This document shows, piece by piece, positions 37,421-51,255 of a stretch of 64,000 bases of DNA. Source of the DNA: Octopus vulgaris (lineage: Eukaryota); NCBI GenBank assembly GCA_951406725.2, contig OX597825.1, positions 75,020,001-75,084,000 of the forward strand. The letters are read 5' to 3'. Every line of letters begins with the position of its first letter. Within the stretch, counting starts at the first letter, position 1. Made by a program: the position numbers and the translations under genes. The notes below the pieces were generated by a model that was given only the letters and a program-made list of their open reading frames with translations, searched no databases and was not told the DNA's origin.

Positions 37421-38529
37421 ATACAAAATTATAATTACATTGAAATGAAACTATATGCAAACGTACACGTGATAATCACATTGGTAGCATTCGCATGAAC
37501 ACATGGCTAGGTGTGTATGTATATATGATATACATATATGTATGTTTGTTTGTATATATATATATATGTATGTATGTATGTGTGTGTGTTAGTTAAGGGA
37601 GGAGATACTTATCTATTTTAAGACAGTCTGGTGGCACTGGTTGTGGCAGAAAATGTAAAGAGTTAAAGATAATGAATGATAGAGTAGGAGAGAGTGTGTG
37701 TGATACACAGTGAACAAACATGTGTGTGTATGTGTCAGAGTTTTCTGTATCTGAGTTTTCTGCTTTTTTTTTTTTAATGCTTGTGTCCCAGAGAAAGTGC
37801 CACAGTAGCAATATTTATAATAGTTATGCAGTAGCAGTGAAGGTTGGATACCAGCCAAATATAGGTTGGCGCATTGCTGCCATATTGGCTTGACACTGTC
37901 TGTTGCTTCTACTTATGCTGCTGTTTGCTGCTGCTGCTACTGCTGCTGTTGTTACTACTACTGCTGCTGATGATGATGGTGATAGTGCTGCTCCTACTGT
38001 GCTAATGTATCATAACACTGCATTAGTTTTGCTGCAGCCCACACAATTAGTCTTCAGTCTTGGACAAATTTTTGCATTTGCATAAACACACACATACATA
38101 TATACAGTGTTTGTATATATACATGTGTGTGTGTGTGTGTGTTTGTACACACATACATACACACATATTTGGGATATGCTTAGTGTGTTAGTTATGTGTA
38201 CATATAGATAACATATGTGCTATGTTTGTGTACAGTTATATATTAACACACATATGCACACACACACACATATGCATTCATACACATATGCATTCATACA
38301 CATATGCATTCACACACATATGCACTCACACACATGCACTCACACACATGCACTCACACACATATGCACACACATACATATGCACACACACACATATGCA
38401 CACATACATACACACACACACACACATACATCTTTAGTTTCTTTACATCTAAAGATTTTTCTCTGCGTGGGTGTGTCTGTGTGTATGTATGTATGTATAT
38501 ATATATATGTATATATAGCTTTTTTTTTG

Positions 38530-38708
38530 CCAGTCATTAGACTGCAGCCATGCTGGGGCACTGCCTTGAAGAATTTTTAGTTGATTGAATTGACCCCAAT
38601 ACTTTTTTTTTTAAATCCTGTTTCTTATTCTCTTGGTCTCTTTTTGCTGAACTGTTAAGTTATGGTGACATTAACACACCAATGCCAGTTGTCAGGCAGT
38701 GGTGAGAG

Positions 38709-38758
<50 letters not shown>

Positions 38759-38978
38759 ACTCACTCACTCACTCACTCACTCACTCACACACACACACAC
38801 ACACACACACACAGATATATACATGGCAGACTTCTTTCAGTTTCTGTCCACCAAATCCATTCTCAAGGCTTTGGTTGGCCTGAGTCTATAGTATGACATT
38901 TGCTCAAGACGTTGCACAGTGGAACGGAATCCAGAACCATGTCGTTTGGAAGCAAGCTTCTTACCATGCCTACGCCTA
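38530..38978 (-). mobile_element. Family A SINE with an expanded (CT)/(CACT)/(CA) centre
   Basis: Tail and head halves are collinear with 12441. Confidence 0.82.
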
Positions 38979-39254
38979 CCCACACACATACATACACACA
39001 CACACACACACTCTCTCCATCTCAAAATTTCTACAAAGAGATTATGAATCCACAACTAATTAACAACTCCAACCTTAGCCATAGGTCTATCGGCAGATCT
39101 TATCATTGATTCATTTAGTTATCCTGTGTGAACTTTGTTTGTGTGTCTGAAATGCTGCAGTGCTCACAAGCTTCATATATTATCCTTATCATCTACACCA
39201 CCTTCATCATCATCATTATTATTTATTATTATTATCATCATCATCATCATTGTT

Positions 39255-40015
39255 AAGACAGTGACCTGGCAGAATCGTTTGTATGCTAGACAAGATGCTT
39301 TGCAGCATTTTGTCCATCTTTTCATTCTGAGTTCAAATTTCACTGAGGTTGACTTTGACTTTCATCCTTTCAGGGTCTATAAAATAAGTACCAGTAGAGC
39401 ACTGGGGTTGAGGTAATCAATGCTTACCTCCCCTCTAAAACTGCCGGCCTTGTGCCAAAATTTGCCAGTGTTGTTTTCTTGTTTTTATTATTCAAATTTT
39501 GGCTCAAATTATTATTCAAATTATTATTATTATTTGAAGCCAGTAATTTTTGCAGGAGGGGTAAGTCAATTACATTGACCCCAGCATTCAAATGGTACTT
39601 ATTTTATTGACCCTGAAAGGATGAAAGCCCTCAGCGGAAGTCAATTTTGACTTTCATCCTTTTGTGGCTGATAGAACAAGTACCAGTTGAGTTCTGGGTT
39701 TTGTGTAATCAACTTGGCCTCTGATTCAAAACTGCTGGCCTTGTGCCAAAATTTGAAACCATTATTACCATTATTATCATCATTATCATCATCATCACTG
39801 TGAGCTGACAATTGTTTACATATTGGAACAAAATACTTAGCAGCATTTCTTCTGGCTCTTTGTTTTGAGTTCAAATACTGCCAAGGTCGATGTTACCTTT
39901 TGACCTTTTCAGTCGATAAAATAAATAGCAGTTGTGTTCTGGGGTTAATGTAATCAACTACCCCTGCTTCCTTTCCCAAAATTTCAGGTTTATAGCAGAA
40001 AGAATTGTTATTATT
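39255..40015 (+). mobile_element. Cluster of degenerate family B SINEs, including one inverted fragment near 39540-39640
   Basis: Repeated gagttcaaat / aagtaccag / ggccttgtgccaaaatttg motifs separated by ATT/ATC tracts. Confidence 0.78.
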
Positions 40016-40600
40016 ATCCAAAAGTCCCATTGCAGCTTTTTGATTTTTTTCTTTCCTTTTAATAACTAACTCAGTGCAGTGTTTAGCATTTCCTAACTGG
40101 ATATCATTTCACTTTAACTGCATCACTAATCTCCTTGGGAAATACAACACTCTGTCTGTCTGTCTTCCCAAATCACTTCTCTAAAATTTAGAACATTCAT
40201 TCTTTTAAAGAACAAACAATTACTTTTTGTTGTTGGCTTTGGTGCAGTAATGAATTATAATTATAGCAAAAAGGTTTTACTTCATTTAAATTCTATCCAA
40301 TGGAATGGCAGAGTTGGTAAAGTGCCAGACATAATACTTTGTAGTATTTAATTTCATGCTGTTTACTCTCTCTACAGCTTCGACTGCTACTACAGAAACC
40401 TCTTCTCTCTGAGTTGGCTGGTCTTCTCACCTCCAACTCCGACCAATCTGACACAGTATCTCTCCTCTATATTGTTTCCATTTTCATAGACCTATGCTAC
40501 ACACTTTGTCCAGTTCTTCATCCTCCAGTGTTACTCCTCCGGAATTCTTTCCCGATCATGTTTTCTTATAGACATCAATCAACTTGTACCATTTTTAAAA

Positions 40601-41045
40601 AGGTGGTGAGATGGCCAAATCATTAGCATGCCAGATAAAATGCTTGATGGAATTGTTACTTTTTCTTCTGAATTCAAATTCTGCCAAGGTTGACTTTGTC
40701 CCATCCTTTTGGGGTTGATGAAATAAGTACCACCAGTTGAGCACTTGGATTGATATAATCTTACCCTTTCCTCCTCAAATTGCTAGCCTTGTGTCAAAAT
40801 TATTATCATTAATATTGTGAGCTGGCAAAGGTGGCAGCACGCCGGGCAAAATGCTTAGTGGAATTTTATCTGTCTTTGTTCTGAGTTCAAATTCTGTTGA
40901 GGTCAACTTTGCCTTTTAGCCAATTCGGGGTTGATAAAAATAAGTACTAGTTGAGCTCTAGGATTGATGTAATTAACTTCCCCTTTCCTCCAAAATTGCT
41001 GGCCTTGTGCCAAAATTTGAAACCATTATTATTATTATTATTATC
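40601..41045 (+). mobile_element. Two tandem family B SINEs
   Basis: Heads near 40601 and 40817; ATT tails. Confidence 0.8.
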
Positions 41046-41049
41046 ATCA

Positions 41050-41330
41050 TTCAGTAGTTTTATTTTTATAGCGTGCTTTCACTTCGCTACCGAGCACAGC
41101 TCTGTGTGCCTTGGGGTATGTGCTGTGATTTGTTGTGATGCTCTGATGGTTACTGTATTGAAAGTGTTCTGCGTAGGATGTGTGAAGTGCCTAGTAGTGC
41201 AATTTTCTGTATGTTATCTGTGTTTGTAAGTCCTGGTGTTTTTGTTATGTATTTGTCTGAATATTTTTTTATCATGCCTAATGCACCTACTATGACAGGA
41301 ATTGTTTCTGTTTTTAGATTCCACTTTCTA
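41050..41330 (-). mobile_element. 3' end of an RLE-type non-LTR retrotransposon (R4/Dong-like), 5'-truncated
   Basis: The minus strand encodes KWNLKTETIPVIVGALGMIKK...IQKIALLGTSHILRRTLSIQ*, matching the IPxxVGALG...QKxALLGTxxILR C-terminus of restriction-like endonuclease LINEs. A ~100-nt 3' UTR follows, and (TAA)n flanks both sides. Confidence 0.85.
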
Positions 41331-42159
41331 ATTATTATTATTATTATCATTATTATTATTATTATTAGTAGTAGTAGTAGTAAGAGTGGGGCGCAATCGA
41401 TAAGGCAGTGGCCCAAGTGCTTTGCTGTATTTACTTGTCTTTTCACATTTGGAGATCAAATTCCAGCCAAAATTGACAATGCATTTTTATCCTTTCAAGA
41501 TCAAGAAAGCTAAGTACCAAGTACCAGTCACAGTCAAGTCCTACAGGTTGGGCTATTGAAACAGTCAACTACACCCTCCTTACTACTACTACTACTACTA
41601 CTACTGTAACCGTTACTACTGCTACTATTACTACTATTACAATATGGCTTTCAACCAGTTAATGCAGATGTTAGAAAGCTCAGCTAGATGCTCTACTCTG
41701 TGAACATTCAGAAGCAAACAAATGAATGACTTATCGAGTGCAAATATATATGTCTCACCCTTCCCTCTATCATTCTCCTTGCTCCCTGTCTTTCTCTGTC
41801 TCTGAATGGTGGGTTAATTTTTTTTTAGAAAGAACCTGCTTCTGAAAAACTAATGTATTGCAACTTCGACCCAGTTAGATCACATTCAGCTTTCTTGGTG
41901 CAGTAAGGGGGTGTGCATGAGTATTGCTTTCTAGTTAGATGATCTGGGATAATATTTCAACAGTTCCTCTCTTTAAATAAAAAAAAATAATTAATTTAGC
42001 ATTAGGATTTAAAACAAATTGTTACTAATTAATTAGTAAGATTGATAGTAACAATAATGTAAATTGATAATGTTAAAGGGGTATATTATTATCATTATTG
42101 TTATTACTATTATTATTATTATTATTATTGTTATCATTATTATTATTATTATTATTATT

Positions 42160-42660
42160 AAGATAGTGAGCTGGAAGAATTGCTAGTATCCTGGACAAAA
42201 ATGCTGTACATTCTGAGCTCAAATTCTACTGAGGTCAACTCTGCTTTTCGATATTTCTCAGTTGATAAAATATGTACCAGTTGATTGTTGATCTCAGTGT
42301 AATCACACTTCCACAATTGCTGGCCTTGTCAAAGTTCGAAAGGATAATTATTTAGGGCAATGAACAGGTAGAATTATTAGCACACCATACAACAAGCTTA
42401 GTGGTATTTCTTCCAATTTTACATTCTATGTCCAAATGCTGCTAAAATCAACTTTGCATTCTGATAATTCTGGTGTCAATGAAATAAGTACCAATGGAGC
42501 ACTAGGAATGATGAAATTGGCTCACCCTTTCCCTGCATTTCAAGCATTATGCCAAAATCTGAAGCAACACGGTGGCAAGTTTGGCAGGATTATTAGTACA
42601 CTGAACAAAATACTTAGCGTTTCTTTTGGTTTTATGTTCGGAGTTCAAGGTCAACCTTGC
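42160..42660 (+). mobile_element. Three degenerate tandem family B SINEs
   Basis: Heads near 42163, 42356 and 42571, following a long (ATT)n tract. Confidence 0.65.
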
Positions 42661-44964
42661 CTTTCAATAAAATGCCCTTCATGTCATCAACCCTCACTTG
42701 TTTCCAAGCAAGGCAACATTCCTTTATGATTAGACATGTCAATGCAGAATGTCGGAAGTGAATGACACTGCTTGTATGAGAGTAACACTTGTTTACAACA
42801 ATCACAAAATATCAAGCAAGGAGACAAGCATACACACACACACATACAAATATACATATGAATGCATATGCAACAGGCTTCTTTCAGTTTCCATCAATCA
42901 AATCCACTGACAAGGTTTTGGTCAACCTAAGGCTATAGTAAAAAAACACTTCAGTTCCATGTAGTAGGACTGAACCTGAGACCATGTGGTTGGGAAGCAA
43001 GCAGGTGATGGTAATGGTAATAGTGATAAAGAGTAGAAAATTAAGAATTTCTGCTCCATTTAGTTTTGACCTTAAAGAAACAGTTGCTCTTTATTAATGA
43101 GACTTCATGTTACCAGCACACCTACCATTTTACTAGTGCTGAAAGCATGTAGAAGTCAATTAATAATTTATAATTAATTATTAATGACTTAATGATAATC
43201 AATAATCTCAAGAAACTGAATAGATTGTATAATCAATGAGTTATTGATCTTTGGTGCTATGATATTGTAAAAAGGTAACTGTGTTTGGCACCCGTATGTT
43301 CTCAAATAGTTGATTGGCAATAACTGACTATTTCCTGTTTAATGCTGGTATAATGAGGCAGGTATTCTACTAACAAACTATACACTTGTAGGTATACACA
43401 TGCACACACATAGACTCAAAAACACACACGCACATACACTCACACCAGTGACGTGCACTAAGATGTACCCTTAAAGCTATACATATACATACATAAATAT
43501 ATTTATATGAAGATATACAAAGAAGAAGCACAGTAATACAAATGCATATACTTGCATAAAAGTACACAGAAATGTACACATATGCACACATTTAAGAACA
43601 TACATAAACATACACATAAATGCATGTAAATTTTGATATACATACTCATGAAAATACATATGTTCATGCACACACACACACACACACACATGTAAATCTA
43701 CATAAATACAGACTCTCTCTCTCATTCACAAAGTCACTATTAAAGGAAGGTAGTATCTACACTATAAAATGGTTAACAAGACAAGTACAGTTAATTTCTC
43801 GTCTGTGTCTTTCTGCAAACTACCTTTTTCTTTTTTTTTTCTTTTTGCAAACATTCATTAATTAATAACTTGCTTAAAGTTGTTGTAGCTTAAAGGTGGA
43901 AAAAAAAAAAATGAAAAATATAAAAAAGACTATATACTTTACATCTTGTATTGAGTACATTTTTTATTTACCTATTTGGTAAGCCTTTCAATAATAATAT
44001 AAGGGTTAGAATATTTATATAATTTTATAGAATATTTATATAATTTTACCTTAAAAGGTTATTTGGTAAGCCTATAGTTTGTGTATGACTGATATTTATA
44101 TAAAGATCTCAAATTATGTGTGATCTAAGGTACACTTATAAACATTATTATGGAAGTTAATTATACACACACACACACACATATATATATAATACACACA
44201 TACATGCATATATATATTATCCAAACATATACATTTCCATCCAACTTATGCCGGCTTAGAAAAACAAAAAAAATGGACCTTAAATTATGATAAAGTTACA
44301 TACATATATATATTATGTATACATATATGCACATATATATATACTACATTTACAGATACATGCACATATGTATTATACACACACTTGCATATCTGTATTA
44401 TACATACACTCTTGCATATCTGTATTATACACACACACACTTGCGTATCTGTATTATACAAACACACACATACTTGTGTGTGTATGTATATATATATATA
44501 TATATATTATACACACACACATACATAGGTATATATATTATTCACCCACATACATGTGTATATATATTATGCACAAACACACATACACACATATTATACA
44601 CACACTGTACGTAATCAGTTTACAGGATAATAATAATTTTTATTAGGAATTGATTCATGCCCTAATTAATTAGAACAAAGATTGGCAGTTATGATTAGGT
44701 ATATATTATGACGTTTTTATTACCCCTCTTGAGAATTGGCAAGGGTAACCTGATTTCTTTCTAAAATGTTCTTCAGAACAAAACAATTCTAACATGTTAA
44801 GCAAGTTAAGAATAAGTTTAGTCCAAAAATGTTTCAATTTCCTTACCCCTGTTATTGTTCCCCCACCCCCATAACAATTTTTTTCTTTCTTTCGCTTATT
44901 ATCTTTATTGAGTATGATTATAGTTGTTTCAAGATCACCATTAATCTATTAGAATTCTAATGTT

Positions 44965-45185
44965 TAACTCATTAGCATTTAAACTGGCCATATATCCACC
45001 CCATATATTCTGTTTTTTGCTTCTTCAAACTGGCCAGATCTAGCCTCTTACACCTACCCTAGAATGTCATTCTGAAAATAAGCAGTCACATCATGAAAAT
45101 CTCAAAGCTATGAGGTAATGCCTGATTAATTCAAAATGTGAATAAATAGGTATTACATCTAACAATGTGAATTCTGATGCTTAAA
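44965..45185. mobile_element. piggyBac-like MITE family 2 (diverged)
   Basis: ttaactcattagcatt...gatgcttaa. Related pieces at 35408-35535, 52259-52755, 62265-62338 and 63876-63940. Confidence 0.65.
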
Positions 45186-46325
45186 TTCAATCGTAAGGTA
45201 TCCCCCTGATGTATCAGAAGCCATGTCTCACTCATCCACTCTTATTTTTGGCATGGTTTCTATGGCTGGTTACCCTTCATATCACCAAGTAATTTACAGA
45301 TTGCACTGGGTGCATTTTATCATGGCACCAGCATTAGAGAGGCTGTCTTGTTTTCAATGGGACTGAAATATCTTCCCCATCTCATATTATTTTCATTTGT
45401 TCATTCATTAGTACTGGTAAAGTTATAGAGCTGCTATTTCTAGCTGGTTAAATGACCATAGGGGCTTCTACTTGGCTTGTTGTGTATGTATTTTGATCTG
45501 AAAAGGTGAATAAGGCAATTACTGAGGGTGTGATCATTGCATTGATTTAAGTGTTATGTTGGTTTATAGGTGTGTCTATATTGTCAATAGCTTAATATTT
45601 CTTGCTTGTTGGTATCTATCAAAGGGTGAATGATTAGCTCTTGTATTTATGGGTGTTGTAAGACTGGGTGCATCAACGTTCATACTTTTCACATGAGAAT
45701 TTGCGGAGTAAGTGAAATGACCCCACCCAGGAATTGGAACTGGGTCAAAGACTTTGCTACCTACGCTACATACATACGTGCTTGCCATGTGGTCGGTCTA
45801 CCCACAGATTCCTACCCACCCCCTCCCCTTTTCTCACACGCAGCAGTGAGATACAGACAAACAAACATGAAGATAGAGCTGAGATAGATGTAGGAAGAAT
45901 CTAGTGAACAGAGCAGAATTTAAATAGAGAGAATGGAAATAAGAAATACAAGTTTGCTGCCGCGATTAGGACAAGGTGACATATAAAACCAGATGAAGAA
46001 CAAATCTCTCTGTCTCACACCTCTCTCTTTCTTTCTCTCACATTCTCTCTTCCTATCTCTGATTATTTTTCATTTTCTTTACATTTTCTTCACATCTAAC
46101 CCATTTTGGATAATGTTACACTTACGCTTTTATACATACATATACATACTTATACTCAATAAGCAAAAACACATTTCATGTACACGTACATATATGCACA
46201 ATATATATATATATATATCACATGTGCCCCACCCACACTCTTATACAAATGCAAATTCTACTTTCCTTAGAAGAAAATATTTCTAGCTTTGCTTTTAAGC
46301 AATTCTGAGGTAATAACCTCTAGAG

Positions 46326-46500
46326 CAGTGCTTTTCAAACTTTTTGCTGAAGCGGAACCCCAAGGAAACATTCCACTGGCTCGAGGAATCCCTGTGCAAT
46401 AATTTGTCTTATGCACTGATATCTGCACAGGAGAATTAAAAATTACTGTCGATTTTAGCATTTTTGTAACTTCTTGTGGAACCCTGGTTGAAAACCACTG
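46326..46500 (+). mobile_element. hAT MITE with an internal deletion
   Basis: 8-bp TSD CTCTAGAG at 46318-46325 and 46501-46508; lacks the segment between the GGAACCC repeats. Confidence 0.93.
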
Positions 46501-46741
46501 CTCTAGAGAGAGCATGTAGATCTGAATAAAAGAAATGATTCCACTTTCCACCTATTTAAGTCTTATCAGCTTCAGTGCATGTGACAGTTTTCTATTCTAG
46601 AAATTACTGGTACTTATATATGTAAAACAAAATCTTTACACATGTATACATATTCTCATAATTGTTTAAAATAAATAAATAGGCATAATATAATATCTAA
46701 CAGTTGATGCATACTACCTCTGGACCCCCTCCATTTTCTTC

Positions 46742-47086
46742 TTGCCGCCGGTGGCACGTAAAAAGCACCATCTGAACGTGGCCGATGCCAGTGCCGCCTT
46801 GACTGGCTTCCGTGCTGGTGGCACGTTAAAAGCACCAACCGATCGAGGCTGCTGCCAGACTCCTCTGGCACCTGTGCCAGTGGCGTGTAAAAAGCACCCA
46901 CTACACTCGTGGAGTGGTTGGCGTTAGGAAGGGCATAGAGTGGTGAAAGAGTGCAGCAGGGATCACCACCCCTGCCGGAGCCTTGTGTAGCTTTTAGGTG
47001 TTTTCGCTCAATAAACACTCACAACGCCTGGTCTGGGAATCGAAACCGCGAGTCCGCTGCCTTAACCACTGGGCCATTGAACCTCC
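46742..47086. mobile_element. Family C fragment (+, 46742-46935) fused to an Arg-SINE head (-, 46937-47086)
   Basis: The abrupt junction gaagggcat|agagtggtgaaag leaves both elements without their 3' ends. Confidence 0.8.
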
Positions 47087-47912
47087 ACACACACCACACA
47101 CACATATATATATATATATAGTATGGGCTGCCATGCAGTTTCCATCTATCAATTTCACTTGTAAAACTTTGACTAGTTACTCAATTAAATCAAAATTAAA
47201 TGGTACTTTTAATAAACCTCAGAGGGATGAAGGGCAAAGTTAGCCTCATCAGAATTTGATCCTAGACAGTGAAGAGCTAGAGCAAATACCACAAGGCATT
47301 TTGTCCAATGCCCTAACAAATCTTCCAGTCTCCCATCCAGAATCCACATATTTAAGTGGGAAAGAATAACAAACTAAACCCTAAATCTATAAGGATATGA
47401 ACTTAACACAATATTATGAATTTTATAAGGAAGGGATACAGTCAGTCAAATTGATTTCAGTATATTACTGGTACACACTTTCATCCTGGCAGCAAGAACA
47501 ATAAAGCTGACTGTAATGAAATTTGAATCTTGAATATAAAAGAACTTGTACATAAATACTTCAAAATATTGCATCAATTGTGGTGTTACTGCAGTTTTGC
47601 TACGACACTCCCTTAACATTAAACTAGTACCTAAGAAAAGGAGAGAGAGAGAGTAGAAGTTATTGATTTCTGCATGGATATATAAATATTGATGATTTTT
47701 CTTAATATATTAATTGAATGTTTTTCTCCTTTATCCCCTCCTTTTCTCTTATTCTGTTTCGCTTTTTCCTTATGTGGCCATCTCACTGGTGCACTGCATT
47801 AAGTATTTTAGTTCCAGTTAACCATCTGATAATATACTATTACTTATTACAATTCAGTGCTCTGCTGTCAGTGTAAGAGACAATTGATTTCCACAGCTTG
47901 CATTAGCATATG

Positions 47913-47952
<40 letters not shown>

Positions 47953-47953
<1 letters not shown>

Positions 47954-48079
47954 TGTTGTGTCTGGGGAGAGTCATTTTCTTTTTGTACCTTATAATGTAA
48001 CACACTTACCGGTAAAATTTCCACTTATATCTTATTTTTATTTTCATATAAAGAACCTTGCAAGCCAAATCCAAAAACG

Positions 48080-48081
<2 letters not shown>
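47953..48081. mobile_element. Short inverted-junction copy of the 36719 family in (TA)n
   Basis: An inverted arm ctgttgtgtctgggg... is joined to the direct tail catataaagaaccttgcaagccaaatccaaaaacg. Confidence 0.75.
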
Positions 48082-48118
<37 letters not shown>

Positions 48119-48612
48119 TTCAATGAATACACCATACACATACATGCACACAGGTCCCCAGCATAGCTGAAGTCTGAAACCAGTAGGCAGTAAATATGCA
48201 CATGCTAGTCCTATTGCTTGGCACCTTATGCAGGTACCTTCTACTAAAGCCCCAGGATGACCAAAGGATTCGGTAGATGGAAACTGAAAGAAGCCTGTTG
48301 TGTCTGTGTGTGTGTATCTCCTTGTCTTGATATCAAAGTTGTAAAATGATTGCCACTGTCATATAAGCAGTGTCATTCATTTCCAACATTCTTCAACATG
48401 TCTAGCCATGGAAAAAGTTGAGGGTTGGCAACAAAAAGGACATTTGGCCATAGAAAATGTGCCTCAATAAACTCCATCTGACCCATGCATGCATGAAAAT
48501 GTGGACATTAATATGATGATGTGAAGTGAATGATAAACATTGCACGTGCAGTATTGATCATAGAAATGTTGGGAGGAAATTTGGTATGACATAAGGTCAA
48601 GAAGCATTGAGG

Positions 48613-48925
48613 TCATCATCATCATTTAACATCCGCTTCCCATGCTAACATGGGTTGAACGATTTGACTGAGGTCTGGCGAACCAGATGGCTGCACCAGA
48701 CTCCAATCTGATCTGGAGAGTTTCTACAGCTGGATGCCCTTCCTAACGCCAACCACTCCGAGAGTGTAGTGGGTGCTTTTACGTGCCACCAGCACGAGGG
48801 CCAGTTAAGTTGTACTGGCAACGGCCACGCTTAAATGGTGCTTTTTTACGTGCCACCTGCACAGGAGCCAGTCCAGCGGCACTGGCAATGACCTCGCTCG
48901 AATGTTTTTTACACAAGTGCTAGTA
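48613..48925 (-). mobile_element. Family C element
   Basis: Reverse complement of the 35985-36370 sequence. Confidence 0.87.
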
Positions 48926-49460
48926 AGTAAAGATACTATATTGCTGACATATGCATCTGGTAATAGTATAGAAACCTCAGCCTCACTCCAGATGTTCCAA
49001 TGATGGTGACAGCGATAATGATTATGAAAATAAGTTCCAGTTATATACTATATTTTGTGTAATTTATTTGTGGTGAGTAGTTGGTAATGTAAATAAAGAA
49101 ATGAAACAGAAAATGGAGGTTTAGATGATGCAAGAATCACACCCATTTTTAATAGAAATGAAAGTGTATTTGCATGAAACATCCGTTGAAAGAACAAGAT
49201 ATGCATGGGAGTGCATTTCATCCACCTCTGTCTGCAGTAACTTCAAATGATTTAAGCATCTTACTCAAGTCTTTAACAGATTTTGAATCATTTTCAAGTG
49301 TTATATCCACCCACTGCCAACATCACACCACCGAATTCTCAGTGAAGATTTGTCAAATAAGTTATTTACTTTGCTCTTTATTTAAGTAATTAAGTGACTC
49401 AAATGTTGCTGCTTTCATCTGTAAACTATATTATGAAGCTGGGTGTGTATAATATAGATA

Positions 49461-49680
49461 TATATGTATGTGTGTGTTTGTGTATGTGTATGTGTGTGTG
49501 TGTGTGTGTATGTATGTGTGTGTGTATGTATATGTGTGTTTATGTATGTGTGTGTTTGTGTGTATATGTGTATGTATGTGTGTATGCTTATGTGTGTATG
49601 TATATGTGTGTTTATGTATGTGTGTTTGTGTGTGTGTGTGTGTATGTATATATGTATGTGTGGGTATGTATGTATGTAAC
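49461..49680. repeat. (TG)/(TATG) microsatellite
   Basis: Directly visible. Confidence 0.95.
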
Positions 49681-50180
49681 TGTGTTTGTTGGATTTCAGA
49701 GCAAATCAACTTGCAGAAGAGGGTGGAAGGGAGGGATGTAACTCGTTAGTAATAGAGAAAGAGAGAAACTAAATCACAAAGCTTAAAACCAATGAAGTGA
49801 AAGTAGATGACCAGCTTTTCATTGTACTGAATGACATAAGACTGATGAGTAGGGAGATCATGTGACTTGAGAGGGTTGATGCGAGCTGGGGTGGGGTGCG
49901 GTGGGGTGGGGAACTAGCAAGAATAAGAGAAAAGACAGATGCTGGTGCAGAGAGGGAGAGAAAGAAAGAAAGAGAAAAGACAAGTTGCTGCAGTAGTTTA
50001 TATGCTAAATTTCAGTAAAAGATTTTCTGGTTCTGTTCGCTGCACAGTTATGGTATCTTAGCACAATGCCAATGTCTCTAAGACATCTCTACCTCAAACC
50101 ATCATCCTATGTCGATGAACTCGTGCCGTTTCCGCCTCTTTGAACCACAACAAAAAGAACAAAAAACTGTTCATCATTTA

Positions 50181-50483
50181 ATCATCATCATCATCATTTA
50201 GCGTCCGCTTTCCATGCTAGCATGGGTCGGACGGTTCAACTGGGGTCTGGGAAGCCAGAAGGCTGCACCAGGCTCCAGTCTGATCTGGCAGTGTTTCTAC
50301 AGCTGGATGCCCTTCCTAACGCCAACCACTCCATGAGTGTAGTGGGTGCTTTTTACGTGCCGCTGACACAGGTGCCAGATGGGGCTGGCAAACGGCCACG
50401 GACGGATGGTGCTTTTTACGTGCCATCGGCACGGAGGCCAGTCGGGGCGGCGCTGGCAACGGCCACGATCGGATGGTTCGCTT
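50181..50483 (-). mobile_element. Family C element
   Basis: (CAT)n followed by tttagcgtccgctttccatgctagcatggg... Confidence 0.87.
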
Positions 50484-50859
50484 AAAAAAAAAAATGGGGC
50501 TAATGCAGAATCTCACCTCTCCTGGAAGAGTGCATTTTTTAAATCAGGGTATGAGATATTTTGGAACAGTTGTTTTGCATTGCCAATTCAATGCAGACTC
50601 ATTCGACACCAGACGTTTTACTTATTCTCTCATCTTCTCTTTCCTCCTCTCTCTCTATACGTGTAACCATCTAGTTATGTCTTTATGCATAATCTCTGTC
50701 TCTCTCTCCTCTGTCTCTGTGTGCATACTTTTGCATGTACATGCATGTTTGTTTGCCTCCAGCACCCTCAGTCACCAAAAGAGGTTGAATACCCCATCAG
50801 CTGTGCCAAATCATCAATACCCCACACAGTTCATCATCTCATTCCAAATAGACTAACCA

Positions 50860-51255
50860 TTTTTATCTTTTACTTGTTTCAGTCATTAGACTGTGGCCAT
50901 GCTAGAGCACTGCCTTCAAGAATTTTTAGCTGAACGACTTGACCTTTGTACTTATTTTTTACTTTTAAAGACTGTATTTATTCTATCAGCCTCTTTTGCC
51001 AAACTAAGTTACACGGCTGTAAACACACCAACATAGGTTGTCAAGTGGTGGTGGCTAACAAACACGCATGCATGCACACACATGCATGCACGCACAAGAC
51101 AGGTTTCATTCAGTTTCCCTCTATCAAATCCACTTGCTAGACTTAAGTCGGCCTGAGTCTATAATTGATGCTTACCCAAACTGCCATGCAGTGGGACTGA
51201 ACCCAGAACCATAGGGTTGGGAAAATAGCTTCTCACCACACACCCTTGCTTGCAC
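50860..51255 (-). mobile_element. Family A SINE (diverged)
   Basis: Collinear with the 12441 copy. Confidence 0.78.
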
